From Phycisphaerae bacterium (GTDB taxonomy: Bacteria; Planctomycetota; Phycisphaerae; UBA1845; Fen-1342), in NCBI GenBank assembly GCA_963675745.2, contig CAXXWX010000017.1, positions 32,001 through 96,000 on the forward strand: a stretch of DNA of 64,000 nucleotides, in the 5' to 3' direction. The notes beneath the pieces are model-generated. The model saw only the letters and a list, made by a program, of their open reading frames with translations. It made no database searches and was not told where the DNA came from. Both the position numbers and the translations under genes were made by a program. Below are positions 41,028-51,108 of this stretch, one piece after another (positions within the stretch are counted from its first letter, which is position 1; each line of letters starts with the position of its first letter).

Positions 41028-43412
41028 ATGCGCATGTCCATCTCTGACATCGCCCTGCTAACCGGGGCCCTCCTGATCGCCGTCGGCGTCGCGGCGGCGT
41101 CGGCCGGAGAGAACCTCGTTTCGAATCCGGCGTTTGACGAGATCAACGGCGACCAGCCCCGCGGCTGGGAGACACATACCTGGTTCGGCGAGGGTGATTG
41201 TGCGCTCGTGGCCGAAGGCCGCGACGGCTCGCACGCCGTCCGCATCTCCTCGACCGGCGGTGGAGACCTCGGCTGGCGGCAGACGGTTGCGGTCAAACCC
41301 GGCGGTGTGTATCGGCTGAGCGGCTGGATTCGCACCGACAACCTCGAGCCCGGCAGCGGACGCGGCGCTTTGCTCAATGTTCACACGCTGGATGCTTCCA
41401 TTACCCGCGCCGTAACCGGCACCAGCGACTGGACCTACGTCGAGAGCGTCTTCCGTAGCGGAACTCGCGACTCAATCACCGTGCATTGCCTGTTTGGCGG
41501 CTGGGGACAATCGACCGGGACCGCGACGTACGACGATATCCGATTGGAAGAGGTCGACTTGAGCAACATCAAGCCCGCAGCCACGATCCACGCCCGGCGC
41601 ACGGGCGCGCCGATCGACCCGTTCATCTACGGCCAGTTCATTGAGCATCTGGGGCGCTGCATCTACGGCGGTATCTGGGCCGAGATGCTCGAAGATCGCA
41701 AGTTCTACTTCCCGATCACCGCCGACTATCGCCCGTATCGCAGCCGGTCCGAGGACCGCGCCATGCGCTTCCCCGTCGTCGCGCGCTCGCCGTGGCAGAT
41801 CATGGGCGAAATGGATGGCGTGACCATGGTGGCGGAAGACTCCTTCGTCGGGGAACACACGCCGCGCGTTCAGCCCGGCGCGGCCATTCAGCAAAACGAC
41901 CTTGGCATTGTCGCCGGCGAGAAATATGTCGGCCACGTCTGGCTAAAATCAACCGGCGCCGCCGAGGTGGCCGTGACGCTCAGCAGCGCGAGGGGCTCGA
42001 CCCGCATTGTGGACGTCGGCCATGATTACACCCGACACGAGTTTGCGTTCACGGCCGAGGAGTCGACCGACGAAGCCTCGCTGAAGATCGCCGTTGCGGG
42101 CGCTCCGGTGTTCGTCGGCACGGTTTCGCTGATGCCGGCCAACAACGTCCACGGGATGCGGCCCGACACGCTCGCGCTGATCAAGGAGCTCGATTCGCCG
42201 ATCTATCGCTGGCCGGGCGGCAACTTCGTCAGCGGCTACGACTGGCGCGACGGCATCGGTGACCGCGATCGCCGCCCGCCACGCAAGAACCCGGCCTGGA
42301 CCGGCGTCGAGCACAACGACTTCGGCACCGATGAATTCCTGGTGTTCTGCAAGCTAGTCAACACCGAGCCGCTCATCTCGGTGAACACCGGTTTCGGCGA
42401 CAGCTACTCCGCGGCGCAGTGGGTCGAATACTGCAATAGTGGTGCGGACACGATCGGCGGTGGTTGGCGGGTCAAGAACGGCCACGCCGAACCGTACGCC
42501 GTCAAGTACTGGTGCGTCGGCAACGAGATGTTCGGCAACTGGCAGCTCGGCTACATGCAGCTCCACCACTACGTGGAGAAGCACAACGATGTCGCCGACA
42601 AGATGCACGCAGTTGATCCGGGGCTGGTGCTGATCGGCGTTGGAGCGGCTGGCGAATGGTCGCGCGGCATGCTGCGCTCCTGCGCCAATCACATGGACAT
42701 GATCAGCGAGCACTTCTACTGCGGCGCGGTCGATGACGTGGTGAACCACGTGCAGCAGATACCGAACAGCATCCGCCGCATCGCCGACGCCCATCGCGCC
42801 TACCGCCGTGAGCTGCCCGAGCTCAGCGGCAAGGACATCCGCATCGCGATGGACGAATGGAACTACTGGTATGACCACACGCGCTACGTCTACGGCGAAC
42901 TCGGCGTCCGCTATCGCCACCGCGACGCGCTCGGCATCGCCGCCGGCCTGCATGAGTTCTTCCGTAACTCCGACATCATCCGCATGGCCAATTACGCCCA
43001 GACGGTTAACGTCATCGGCTGCATCAAGACCACCAAGACGCAGGCCTTCCTCGCCACAACCGCACCGCCGCTGATCCTGTATCGCACTTACTACGGTGTC
43101 ACACCGGTGGAGGTCGAGGGCAACTTCGGCATGTTGGCGCTCGACGTGGCGGCGGCCTGGACGGACCAGCGCAACGCGCTGACGATCGGCGTCGTGAACC
43201 CCAACGACGCGCCGATGACGCTCGCTGTGGATATCGAAGACGCGAATCTCGCGGATAGCGGCACGTTCTGGAGCATCGTGGCCGATGACCCGGACGTCTA
43301 CAACGACGAGAACAGCCAGCCGGTCGCCATCAACAAAGACACGTTCACATTCGACGGCAAGCTGCGCGTGCCGGCGTATGCGGTCATGCTCTACCGGCTG
43401 GATTCGAAGTAG
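41028..43412 (+). CDS. Secreted GH51 alpha-L-arabinofuranosidase with N-terminal CBM4/9-like domain
   Basis: YGQFIEHLG, RWPGGNF, FGTDEF, VGNE, DEWN, ANYAQTVNV. N-terminal NLVSNPAF beta-sandwich. Confidence 0.92.
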   Translation: MRMSISDIALLTGALLIAVGVAAASAGENLVSNPAFDEINGDQPRGWETHTWFGEGDCALVAEGRDGSHAVRISSTGGGDLGWRQTVAVKPGGVYRLSGWIRTDNLEPGSGRGALLNVHTLDASITRAVTGTSDWTYVESVFRSGTRDSITVHCLFGGWGQSTGTATYDDIRLEEVDLSNIKPAATIHARRTGAPIDPFIYGQFIEHLGRCIYGGIWAEMLEDRKFYFPITADYRPYRSRSEDRAMRFPVVARSPWQIMGEMDGVTMVAEDSFVGEHTPRVQPGAAIQQNDLGIVAGEKYVGHVWLKSTGAAEVAVTLSSARGSTRIVDVGHDYTRHEFAFTAEESTDEASLKIAVAGAPVFVGTVSLMPANNVHGMRPDTLALIKELDSPIYRWPGGNFVSGYDWRDGIGDRDRRPPRKNPAWTGVEHNDFGTDEFLVFCKLVNTEPLISVNTGFGDSYSAAQWVEYCNSGADTIGGGWRVKNGHAEPYAVKYWCVGNEMFGNWQLGYMQLHHYVEKHNDVADKMHAVDPGLVLIGVGAAGEWSRGMLRSCANHMDMISEHFYCGAVDDVVNHVQQIPNSIRRIADAHRAYRRELPELSGKDIRIAMDEWNYWYDHTRYVYGELGVRYRHRDALGIAAGLHEFFRNSDIIRMANYAQTVNVIGCIKTTKTQAFLATTAPPLILYRTYYGVTPVEVEGNFGMLALDVAAAWTDQRNALTIGVVNPNDAPMTLAVDIEDANLADSGTFWSIVADDPDVYNDENSQPVAINKDTFTFDGKLRVPAYAVMLYRLDSK

Positions 43413-43458
43413 CGCCAAGTGTGTGCCACTGCTCTTGAGCAGTGTTTTTGCCGCTGTT

Positions 43459-43570
43459 GTAGAGGTGCGGGAACGGATTCCCGCGGGAGTTGGTGCGAGA
43501 AGGGACTCTCGCACCAGCGCGTGCGAGAAGGGATTCTCGCACCAACGCTCCGTTTTCGCACCAGCGTTGG
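43459..43570. repeat. Three to four tandem palindromes GGTGCG(A/G)GAA..GA(C/T)T(C)TCGCACC
   Basis: Copies at 43464, 43492 and 43521, and a partial copy at 43553. Confidence 0.7.
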
Positions 43571-43675
43571 GTGCCATGCCGATGGCTGTTCGCGTCGGCA
43601 TGCTTTGACGCCGACAGAGTGGCAACCCGCTTGAGTCACCGCAGGCTGTGGTACTCCTACCTCCTGGAGAGAGCG

Positions 43676-46021
43676 ATGCACCTTCAGAGAATCATCCGGC
43701 AGGTGACGCTGGCCACGTGTGTGAGCGGCGTCTTGGTGAGCGGCGTGTTGGCCGAGACACCGGCGTCGGTAACCATCGACCCAACCACCCGCGTCACGGC
43801 CGCGCCGTTCGCCCTCGGCGATGTGGTCTTGCTCGACGGCCCGTTCCGCGCCGCGCGCGAGCGCGATGCCGCTTACCTGCTGAGCCTCGACCCGGATCGT
43901 CTGTTCTCGCGCGTCCGCGAGTACGCCGGCCTCGAACCCAAGGCGCCGACCTATGGCGGCTGGGAAGCGATGGGGATATCGAGCCATTCGCTCGGACACT
44001 ACCTTTCGGCGTGCGCGCTGCACTACGCCGCCACCGGCGATGAGCGCTTCAAGCAGAGAGTCGCATACATCGTTGACGAGATGGCCGCCTGCCAAGCCGC
44101 GCACGGCGACGGCTACGTCACCGGCATCCCGCGCGGGCGCGAAATCTTCGCCGAGGTTGCCGCCGGCGAGATTCGCTCGCAGGGTTTCGACCTTAACGGC
44201 GGCTGGGTGCCGTGGTACACGACGCACAAGCTGCTTGCCGGCCTGCGCGACGCGTATCTCTGCTGCGATCTGGAACCCGCCCGCGCGGTCCTGATCAAGC
44301 TGGCGGACTACTGCTGGTCGGTCATCGATGATCTCGACGATGACCAGATGCAGCGCATGCTGGCGTGTGAGCACGGCGGCATGAACGAAGTTGCCGCCGA
44401 CCTGTACGCGCTGACCGGCGAGCAGCGCTACCTTCACATGGCCCGCAAGTTCTATCACAAGGCCGTACTCGAGCCGCTGGCCCGCGGTGAGGACAAACTC
44501 GCGTTCCTGCACGCCAACACCCAGGTGCCCAAGCTGATCGGCCTCGCCCGGCTCTATGAAGTCACGGGCGAGCCGCGCGATGCCGCCACGGCCCGCTTTT
44601 TCTGGGACCGCGTCGTCCACCACTATTCTTACGTCAACGGCGGCAACAGCTACAACGAGCACTTCGGCGCGCCGGACAAACAGGTCGGCACGCTCCACGA
44701 CACGACGGAAACGTGCAACACGTACAACATGCTCAAGCTCACGCGGCACCTGTTCATGTGGGAGCCGCGCGCGGAACTGATGGACTTCTACGAACGCGCC
44801 CTGCTCAACCACATCCTCGCCCACCAACATCCCGAAACGGGCATGTTCGTCTACAAGGGCTTCCTCGACCCGCTGACGCAAAAGCACTTCAGCACGCCGT
44901 TTGATTCGTTCTGGTGCTGCGTCGGCACGGGTATGGAGAACCACGTCAAGTACGGCGAGAGCATCTACTTCCACACCGCTGACGCCTTATACGTCAACCT
45001 CTTCATCAGCTCGCGGTTGAAATGGAAAGAGCAGGGACTCACGCTGACGCAGGAAACCGACTGGCCGTTCGGCGGCCGCGTCAAACTGGCCCTGGAGCTC
45101 GTCGAGCCGCGTGAGTTGACACTGAATCTGCGCATCCCTGCGTGGGGCACCGGCGACATCGTGCTCCGAATCAACGGCGATCGGGCCGAAGTTGACGCGT
45201 TGCCAGGCGCATACGTCGCCCTCAAACGTCAATGGCGCAGCGGCGACGAGGTCACGCTCGAGCTCCCTATGAAGCTCCACGTTGAGGCGATGCCCGACGA
45301 CGAGAGCAAGCTCGCCGTGTTCTACGGGCCAACGCTACTGGCGGCGTTGCTCGATGCCGGGGCTGACGAGGTGCCCGCTTTGGTTGCCGAGCGCGAAGAA
45401 CTGCTCGAGCACATCGAGCCGGTGAGCGGTAAACCGTTGCACTTCAGCACGCGTGACGTCGGCCGGCCGCGGGATGTCGAGTTGATCCCGCTGTTCCAGA
45501 TCGCCGACCAGCGCTACAGCGTTTACTTCGACTGTCTCGGTGAGGCGCAGTGGGCGGAACTGGAGGCCGAGCGCGCCGCGGAACGCCGCCGGCTGGCCCA
45601 GCTCGAAGCCCGTACGACGGACTACTTCCTGCCCGGACAGATGCAGCCCGAGCGCGAGCACAATCTGACCGGCGAGAATATCCGCAACGGTCGCCACAAC
45701 GGCCGCACCTGGCGCGACGCCGCGGACGGCGGTTGGTTCAGCTTCGAGATGGGCGTCGCGCCCGAGCAGCCGATGACTCTGGTCTGCACCTACTGGGGTG
45801 ACGACTCCGGACCGCGCACGTTCGACATTCTCATTGACGGCGAGAAGATCGCGTCGCAGACGCTCAACCGGCCCAAACCCGGCCAATTCACAGATATCGA
45901 ATACCCCGTTCCACCGGCGCTGACGCTGGGCAAACAACGCGTCACCGTGCGCATCCAAGCCCACCCGGGCAACATCGCCGGCGGTCTGTTCGGCTGCCGC
46001 ATGCTGCGCCCGAGCGAGTGA
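43676..46021 (+). CDS. Secreted beta-L-arabinofuranosidase, GH127/GH146 clan (GH146-like)
   Basis: YGGWE..GHYLSA, EHGGMNE, HANTQVPK, ETCNTYNMLKL, FWCCVGTGMENH. GGAG RBS. Confidence 0.9.
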   Translation: MHLQRIIRQVTLATCVSGVLVSGVLAETPASVTIDPTTRVTAAPFALGDVVLLDGPFRAARERDAAYLLSLDPDRLFSRVREYAGLEPKAPTYGGWEAMGISSHSLGHYLSACALHYAATGDERFKQRVAYIVDEMAACQAAHGDGYVTGIPRGREIFAEVAAGEIRSQGFDLNGGWVPWYTTHKLLAGLRDAYLCCDLEPARAVLIKLADYCWSVIDDLDDDQMQRMLACEHGGMNEVAADLYALTGEQRYLHMARKFYHKAVLEPLARGEDKLAFLHANTQVPKLIGLARLYEVTGEPRDAATARFFWDRVVHHYSYVNGGNSYNEHFGAPDKQVGTLHDTTETCNTYNMLKLTRHLFMWEPRAELMDFYERALLNHILAHQHPETGMFVYKGFLDPLTQKHFSTPFDSFWCCVGTGMENHVKYGESIYFHTADALYVNLFISSRLKWKEQGLTLTQETDWPFGGRVKLALELVEPRELTLNLRIPAWGTGDIVLRINGDRAEVDALPGAYVALKRQWRSGDEVTLELPMKLHVEAMPDDESKLAVFYGPTLLAALLDAGADEVPALVAEREELLEHIEPVSGKPLHFSTRDVGRPRDVELIPLFQIADQRYSVYFDCLGEAQWAELEAERAAERRRLAQLEARTTDYFLPGQMQPEREHNLTGENIRNGRHNGRTWRDAADGGWFSFEMGVAPEQPMTLVCTYWGDDSGPRTFDILIDGEKIASQTLNRPKPGQFTDIEYPVPPALTLGKQRVTVRIQAHPGNIAGGLFGCRMLRPSE

Positions 46022-46076
46022 GATTACGCTGATGTCGTTGGCGTATCGTTCGCGTAAGTCGGCTCATTCAACGGGC

Positions 46077-46790
46077 TTACTCGACATCATGCCCGCCCTG
46101 GCCGTAATACGCGTTCGGCCCGTGCTTGCGCTCGTGATGCACCTTCTGGATGTGCGTTTCGAGCGGTGAGATTGTCGGCGCCAGACGCCACGTCCCCAGC
46201 GCCATCTCCGCGACGGCTTCCAGGGCGATGGCGTTATCCAGCGCCTTGCCGACCGACGGTCCCCACGTGAACGGCGCGTGGCCGGCAACAAAAACCGCTG
46301 GCATGGCGTTCGGATCGAGCGCGGCGAAACGCTCGACAATGACCTTTCCCGTGTTGGTTTCGTACCCCGCCGCAACTTCGTCCGGCGTGAGTACGCGCGT
46401 CAGCGGGATTGCCCCGTGAAAGTGGTCAGCATGCGTCGTGCCCATACTCGGCAGTTCACGTCGGGCCTGGGCGAACATCGTGGCGTAACGGCTGTGCGTA
46501 TGTACGATGCCGCCTATCCGGTCGAAGTGGCGGTAGAGGTACAGGTGGGTCGGCGTGTCGGAAGACGGACGGGCCGTGCCGGCGCGGACCCTTCCTTCAA
46601 GATCGACGACGACGGTCGATGCCGGCGTGAGCTCCGCGTAGGCGACGCCGCTCGGCTTGATCGCGACAAGTTCGCGGTTGGCGTCGATTGCGCTGGCATT
46701 GCCCCAGGTCAGTGTCACCAGCCCACTCGCGCCTAGGCGGCGATTCGCCTCGCAGACGGTTTCGCGGAGTTGTTGGATTGCATCGCCCAT
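46077..46790 (-). CDS. araD: L-ribulose-5-phosphate 4-epimerase
   Basis: TWGNAS, IKPSG, PSSDTPTH, HTHS, GTTHAD, RKHGPNAYYGQ. Confidence 0.96.
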   Translation of the reverse strand: MGDAIQQLRETVCEANRRLGASGLVTLTWGNASAIDANRELVAIKPSGVAYAELTPASTVVVDLEGRVRAGTARPSSDTPTHLYLYRHFDRIGGIVHTHSRYATMFAQARRELPSMGTTHADHFHGAIPLTRVLTPDEVAAGYETNTGKVIVERFAALDPNAMPAVFVAGHAPFTWGPSVGKALDNAIALEAVAEMALGTWRLAPTISPLETHIQKVHHERKHGPNAYYGQGGHDVE

Positions 46791-46806
46791 GTTGACAGTT
46801 GCCACA

Positions 46807-48500
46807 CTAGTTGCGCGATGCGCGCACTTTGTCGCGCACCGCCAGCAGATCCTTCATCACCATCTGCACACTGTCGCCACCCGCGGCGGAAAACGCGTCG
46901 TGCAGACGGCGATACAATGCGTAGAGTTCCTCATAAACCGCGGCACGTTGCGGGTTCGGCGTGAACACCTCGGGTTTGACGCCCGTCATACGGCGCTGGG
47001 CATCCTCCACCGTGTCATACGCGCCCCCAACCACGGCACCAAAGATCGCCGCGCCCAACGCACACGTTTGCGTGGAACGACTGATCCGCATCGGGCGATT
47101 GCAAACGTCGGCGTAAATCTGCATCACCAGCGGGTTCTTGTCGGCGATTCCGCCGCAGTTCACCACATCATTAATCTCGACGCCATACTCCTCGATGCGC
47201 TTGATGATCGTCAGCGCGCCGAAGGCGGTCGCCTCGATCAGGGCGCGGTAGATTTCAGGAGCGGTCGTGTGCAGCGTCTGACCGATCAGGAGCCCGGTCA
47301 GCCGAGCGTCGACCAGGATCGTGCGATTGCCGTTGTTCCAATCCAGGGCGAGCAACCCGGACTGGCCGGGAGCGAGTTTGGCGGCCGCCTCGGTCAGCGC
47401 GATATGCGCGTCGCCGTCACGGCTGTACTCGGCTGGCGTGAGCTGCTTCACGCACCAGTTGAAGAGATCCCCGACCGCGGACTGGCCGGCCTCGATGCCG
47501 TACATCCCGGGGAGAATCGACTCGGGCACGATGCCGCACACGCCCGGAATGTCGGGCAGCTCGCGCTCAAGCGGCGCGACAATGCAGTCGCAGGTGCTGG
47601 TGCCGACGATCTTGACGAGTGTGCCCGGATGGCAACCCCGCGCCCACCGCGCCCATGTGTGCGTCGAATGCCCCCGCCGCGACGGCAATCCCCGCCGGCA
47701 GACCGACAGACTCGGCGATCGCCGCGGTCAGGCGCCCGGCTTCGTGATTCGCGGGAACGGCGCGCGTCTCGTAGCGAAAGCGTGACAGGCCTGCGTGCAG
47801 ACTGTCCAGGAACTCCGCCGGCGGCAAGCCGCCCCAGGCCTCGTTGTACATCGCCTTGTGGCCGGCGGCACAAATGCTGCGGGCCATCTGCTCCGGCCGA
47901 GTCGTGCCGGTCAACCAGGCCGGGACGAAGTCGGCGAGCTCGACCCAGGAGGCCGCGGCCTGCGCCACCGCCGGCGCGGTCCGCGCCAGGTGCAGCAGCT
48001 TCGACCAGTACCATTCGGATGAGTACGTGCCCCCACACTTGCCCAGATACGGCGCGCCCGACCGGCGAGCTTTCTCCGTGATTTCCTCGGCCTCCGCATG
48101 CGACGTGTGGTCTTTCCACAGCCACGCCTGGGCGGCGAGATTATCAGCAAACTCCGGCAGCGTGCCCAGCGCCCGACCGGACGCATCGACAGGCAGTGGT
48201 GTCGAACCGGTCGTGTCCACGCCGATGCCGACCACACGCTCCGGCGAAAACTGCGGCGTGGCGCGGGCGTCGCGCAACGCGGCCGCAACGGTCGCCTGAA
48301 ACCCGGAGAGGTAGTCGCCGGCGTGCTGGCGGGCGAGATTGGGATCGCGCGGGTCGGTCAGCACACCTTCGTCGCCGCCGACGTAAGTCTGCGTGGCGCT
48401 CGCAATCTCGCTACCATCGCGTGTGTCGACAATGACTGATCGCACGCTATTAGTGCCGTAATCAACGCCGATGGCAAATTGCCGGCGAATGCTCGCTCAT
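46807..48500 (-). CDS. araB: Ribulokinase; frameshifts near 48480 and 47635
   Basis: IGVDYGTNSVR, DTTGST, LWKDH, YSSEW, CAAGHK, FDAH, EAGQSAVGD, DWNNGNR, CGGI..KN. Confidence 0.93.
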
Positions 48501-48687
48501 ACGGACCTCATGGATTTCATGGTGACACGGCACCGCCAGCGGACCTCTGGCTCGGAACGGCCCTCCGGCTTATGTGCCTTTGTCTATCGCTATATCCATC
48601 CGAATTCAGCCGTGCGGGCTGGAAGACGATATTCCAGCGTCCTGGGCTCCGTGCCAACGAGCTGCCACCTGATGTCGCCCGCGGCAG

Positions 48688-50493
48688 TCAACGGAAGACC
48701 ACGTATAGGGCGACGGTTACGGCGCAGATCAGACCACCGAGGACGTAAGACGACCTGGGCACGGTTACGTCGATCTTGGACGTCGGGTACGTGACCGGCT
48801 CGGGGCGCGGGGCCGCCAGCGTAATCAGCCACATGACCGCCGCCAAAATCAGGAACACGATCGCCATGTGGTGCAGGAAGGCCATCGCGCAGAACTGGTA
48901 GTACAGGGCGGCGAAGCCCTCGACCACCTGAGTCTGCCCTTCGGCGACCTTGGCGACCACGCGCTGGCCGCCTTCGGCGAGCTTCTCGATCTCAAAGCCG
49001 TACGCGCCTTCCATGACCCACTTGGGGATGCGCGAGGCCGCGTAGAGGATCGGCCCGAGGATCAGCGCCGTCTTTCCCGCCGCTGTCGGTGCGCGCTTCA
49101 GCCAGATCCCCATCAGGAACGCCGCCACGATGCCGGGCGAGATAAAGCCCCAGATTTCCTGGATGTAGTTGAACACGCCCTCGAACTGCCCGGGCAGCGG
49201 CGCGATCAGACAGGCGAACAGGGCGATGACCGCCGTCGCAATCCGACCGATGAAGACCTGCCGTTTGGCGTCGGCGCGGGGATTGATGTACTGCTTGTAG
49301 ACATCGATCGTGTAGATTGTCGAGGCCGAGTTAATGCCCGAGTTGAACGTGCTCATAACGGCGCCGGCCAGCGCCGCCAACATCACGCCGCGCAGCATCG
49401 GCGGCATGATTTCCTTGATCAGGAAGGGGTAGGCGATCTCGCCGGCCTTGGCTTCCTCACCACCGGCCTGGGCGAGGATCTGGTCGCCGAAAACCTGGAA
49501 GGCGATGATGCCGGGGATGACGATGATGAACGGAATCAGCAACTTGAACAGGCAGGCCAGGAAGATGCCGCGCTGCCCTTCGGCCAGGCTCTTGGCGCCG
49601 AGTGTCCGTTGCGTGATGAACTGGTTGAGGCCCCAGTAAAACAGGTTGGGGATCCATAGGCCGCCGACAAAGACCGCCAGCCAGGGCACCTCTGAATCAT
49701 TCCAGGGACGAATGACGCTGAGCCGGTTGATCCCGGTCTCCGGGTCAATGGCGCTGGCCCGCAGCGCGCGCCAGCCTTCGAGCAGGCTACCGCCGGCAAC
49801 GCCGCCGCCATCCGCGAGATCGCCGCCGCCGAGCAGCTTGAGCCCCAGGAACAGGCAGATCGCCCCACCGATGAGCAACCCCGCGCCCTGGATCAGGTCG
49901 GACCAGACGACGGCCTTCAGCCCGCCATAAACGGTGTAGATCGCCGCGACGATGCCGATCATCCAGGCACCGGCGACGGTGGCCCAGAAGGTCGCGGTCT
50001 CGGGGTCCATGCCGTTTCTGTTGGCCAGGTAATCGGAGAAGCCGAAGACGCCGTCGAGACCGCGCGAGCCGCTGTAGAGCACGGTGGCCAGCAGCGCCAC
50101 GACGTAGAGCGCCATCAGGTAGGTGGCCATGATCGTGCGCGTGGTGCGGTCATAGCGGTATTCGAGAAACTCGGGCATCGTGTAAATGCCCGACTTAAGA
50201 AACTTCGGCAGCAGCCACAGCGCCACGATCACCAGCGTGATCGCGGACATCCATTCGTAACTGGCGATCGCCAGGCCGACGTTGGTGAACGCGCGCCCGG
50301 CCATGCCGACGAAGTGCTCGGTCGAGATGTTGGAGGCGATCAGCGAAAAGCCGATCAGGCCCCAGGTCAGTCGGCGACCGGCGAGGAAGTAGTCCTCCTC
50401 CGAATCTTCTTTGCGCGACATGTACAGCGACACGCCAACAACCGCCGCCAGGAACGCGATGAACGTGATAATGTCGAATGGTGAAAGAGCCAA
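48688..50493 (-). CDS. Sodium:solute symporter (sugar-type SSS)
   Basis: YFLAGR, SNISTEHFVG, YGGLKAVVWSD, NQFITQR, many TM helices. GGGAGG RBS before TTG. Confidence 0.93.
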   Translation of the reverse strand: MALSPFDIITFIAFLAAVVGVSLYMSRKEDSEEDYFLAGRRLTWGLIGFSLIASNISTEHFVGMAGRAFTNVGLAIASYEWMSAITLVIVALWLLPKFLKSGIYTMPEFLEYRYDRTTRTIMATYLMALYVVALLATVLYSGSRGLDGVFGFSDYLANRNGMDPETATFWATVAGAWMIGIVAAIYTVYGGLKAVVWSDLIQGAGLLIGGAICLFLGLKLLGGGDLADGGGVAGGSLLEGWRALRASAIDPETGINRLSVIRPWNDSEVPWLAVFVGGLWIPNLFYWGLNQFITQRTLGAKSLAEGQRGIFLACLFKLLIPFIIVIPGIIAFQVFGDQILAQAGGEEAKAGEIAYPFLIKEIMPPMLRGVMLAALAGAVMSTFNSGINSASTIYTIDVYKQYINPRADAKRQVFIGRIATAVIALFACLIAPLPGQFEGVFNYIQEIWGFISPGIVAAFLMGIWLKRAPTAAGKTALILGPILYAASRIPKWVMEGAYGFEIEKLAEGGQRVVAKVAEGQTQVVEGFAALYYQFCAMAFLHHMAIVFLILAAVMWLITLAAPRPEPVTYPTSKIDVTVPRSSYVLGGLICAVTVALYVVFR

Positions 50494-50586
50494 GGCCGTG
50501 CCTCCCTACGCTCTCGAGTCGTGCGCCGATTCCGGCGCCATCCCATGCCGCCGGCGCGCCGTGTGCCACGGATATACTGAATCAGT

Positions 50587-51108
50587 CTACCGATTCTGCC
50601 ACGGCAACGCCTGTTTGACCAGCGCTGCCGGCGAATCATGCGCCGGATCGGATGTCCGCAGGCAGAACTGATACCCGTACTTCGTCGGCGGCAGGCGGTA
50701 CTCCTCGTGCGGCTGCGCGCCACAACTATCGTCGCCGCCGACGCCCATTTGCTTCAAATCCAGGGCAAGCGTGGTGAATTCGCGCGGCGTCAATTCGTAC
50801 GAGTGCTTGGGGCCGTCCAGATCCGCGGTTGTGAACGGTAGCGCACTAACGCTCAAGTGCGGCAACCCGGCCGCCAGCAGGCCGACGGGGCCGTCGCCGC
50901 TCAGCGTCAGCCAGCGCACGTCCACCTTGTTGCCCGTCTCACCGGGCTCAGCGTAATGCACGTAGTATTGCTCGCTCACGGGGCCGAAGTATAGCCCAAC
51001 GTGGGCATCGCGCCGATCACACTATGTCTCGTGCGGCCCGCGCCCGAACTACTCGAGATGATCCAAATCGCCGACGATTCCAATCTGCATGCCGAAGCGC
51101 GGCAATTC
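50587..51108 (-). pseudogene. 3' remnant of a GH2 beta-galactosidase (small-chain domain), 5'-truncated, with two in-frame TAG stops
   Basis: ELPRFGMQ..LE*FGRGPHET*CDR..YVHY..PGETGNKVDVRW..KQMGVGGDDS. Stops at 51049-51051 and 51022-51024. Confidence 0.85.

Noticed and set aside
43459..43570. CRISPR mini-array
   Set aside because: Spacers are only about 5-9 bp and the repeats differ from each other.
39638..44974. Long antisense ORFs (39638-40951, 42354-43625, 43391-44974)
   Set aside because: These are shadows of high-GC coding genes on the opposite strand, with no motifs.
46657..48081. 474-aa plus-strand ORF
   Set aside because: It is antisense to araB/araD and has no recognisable domain.
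51022..51051. Two in-frame TAG codons as amber recoding
   Set aside because: TAG ends many intact genes here (for example at 7490, 9810 and 43412), and the GH2 fragment is already 5'-truncated.
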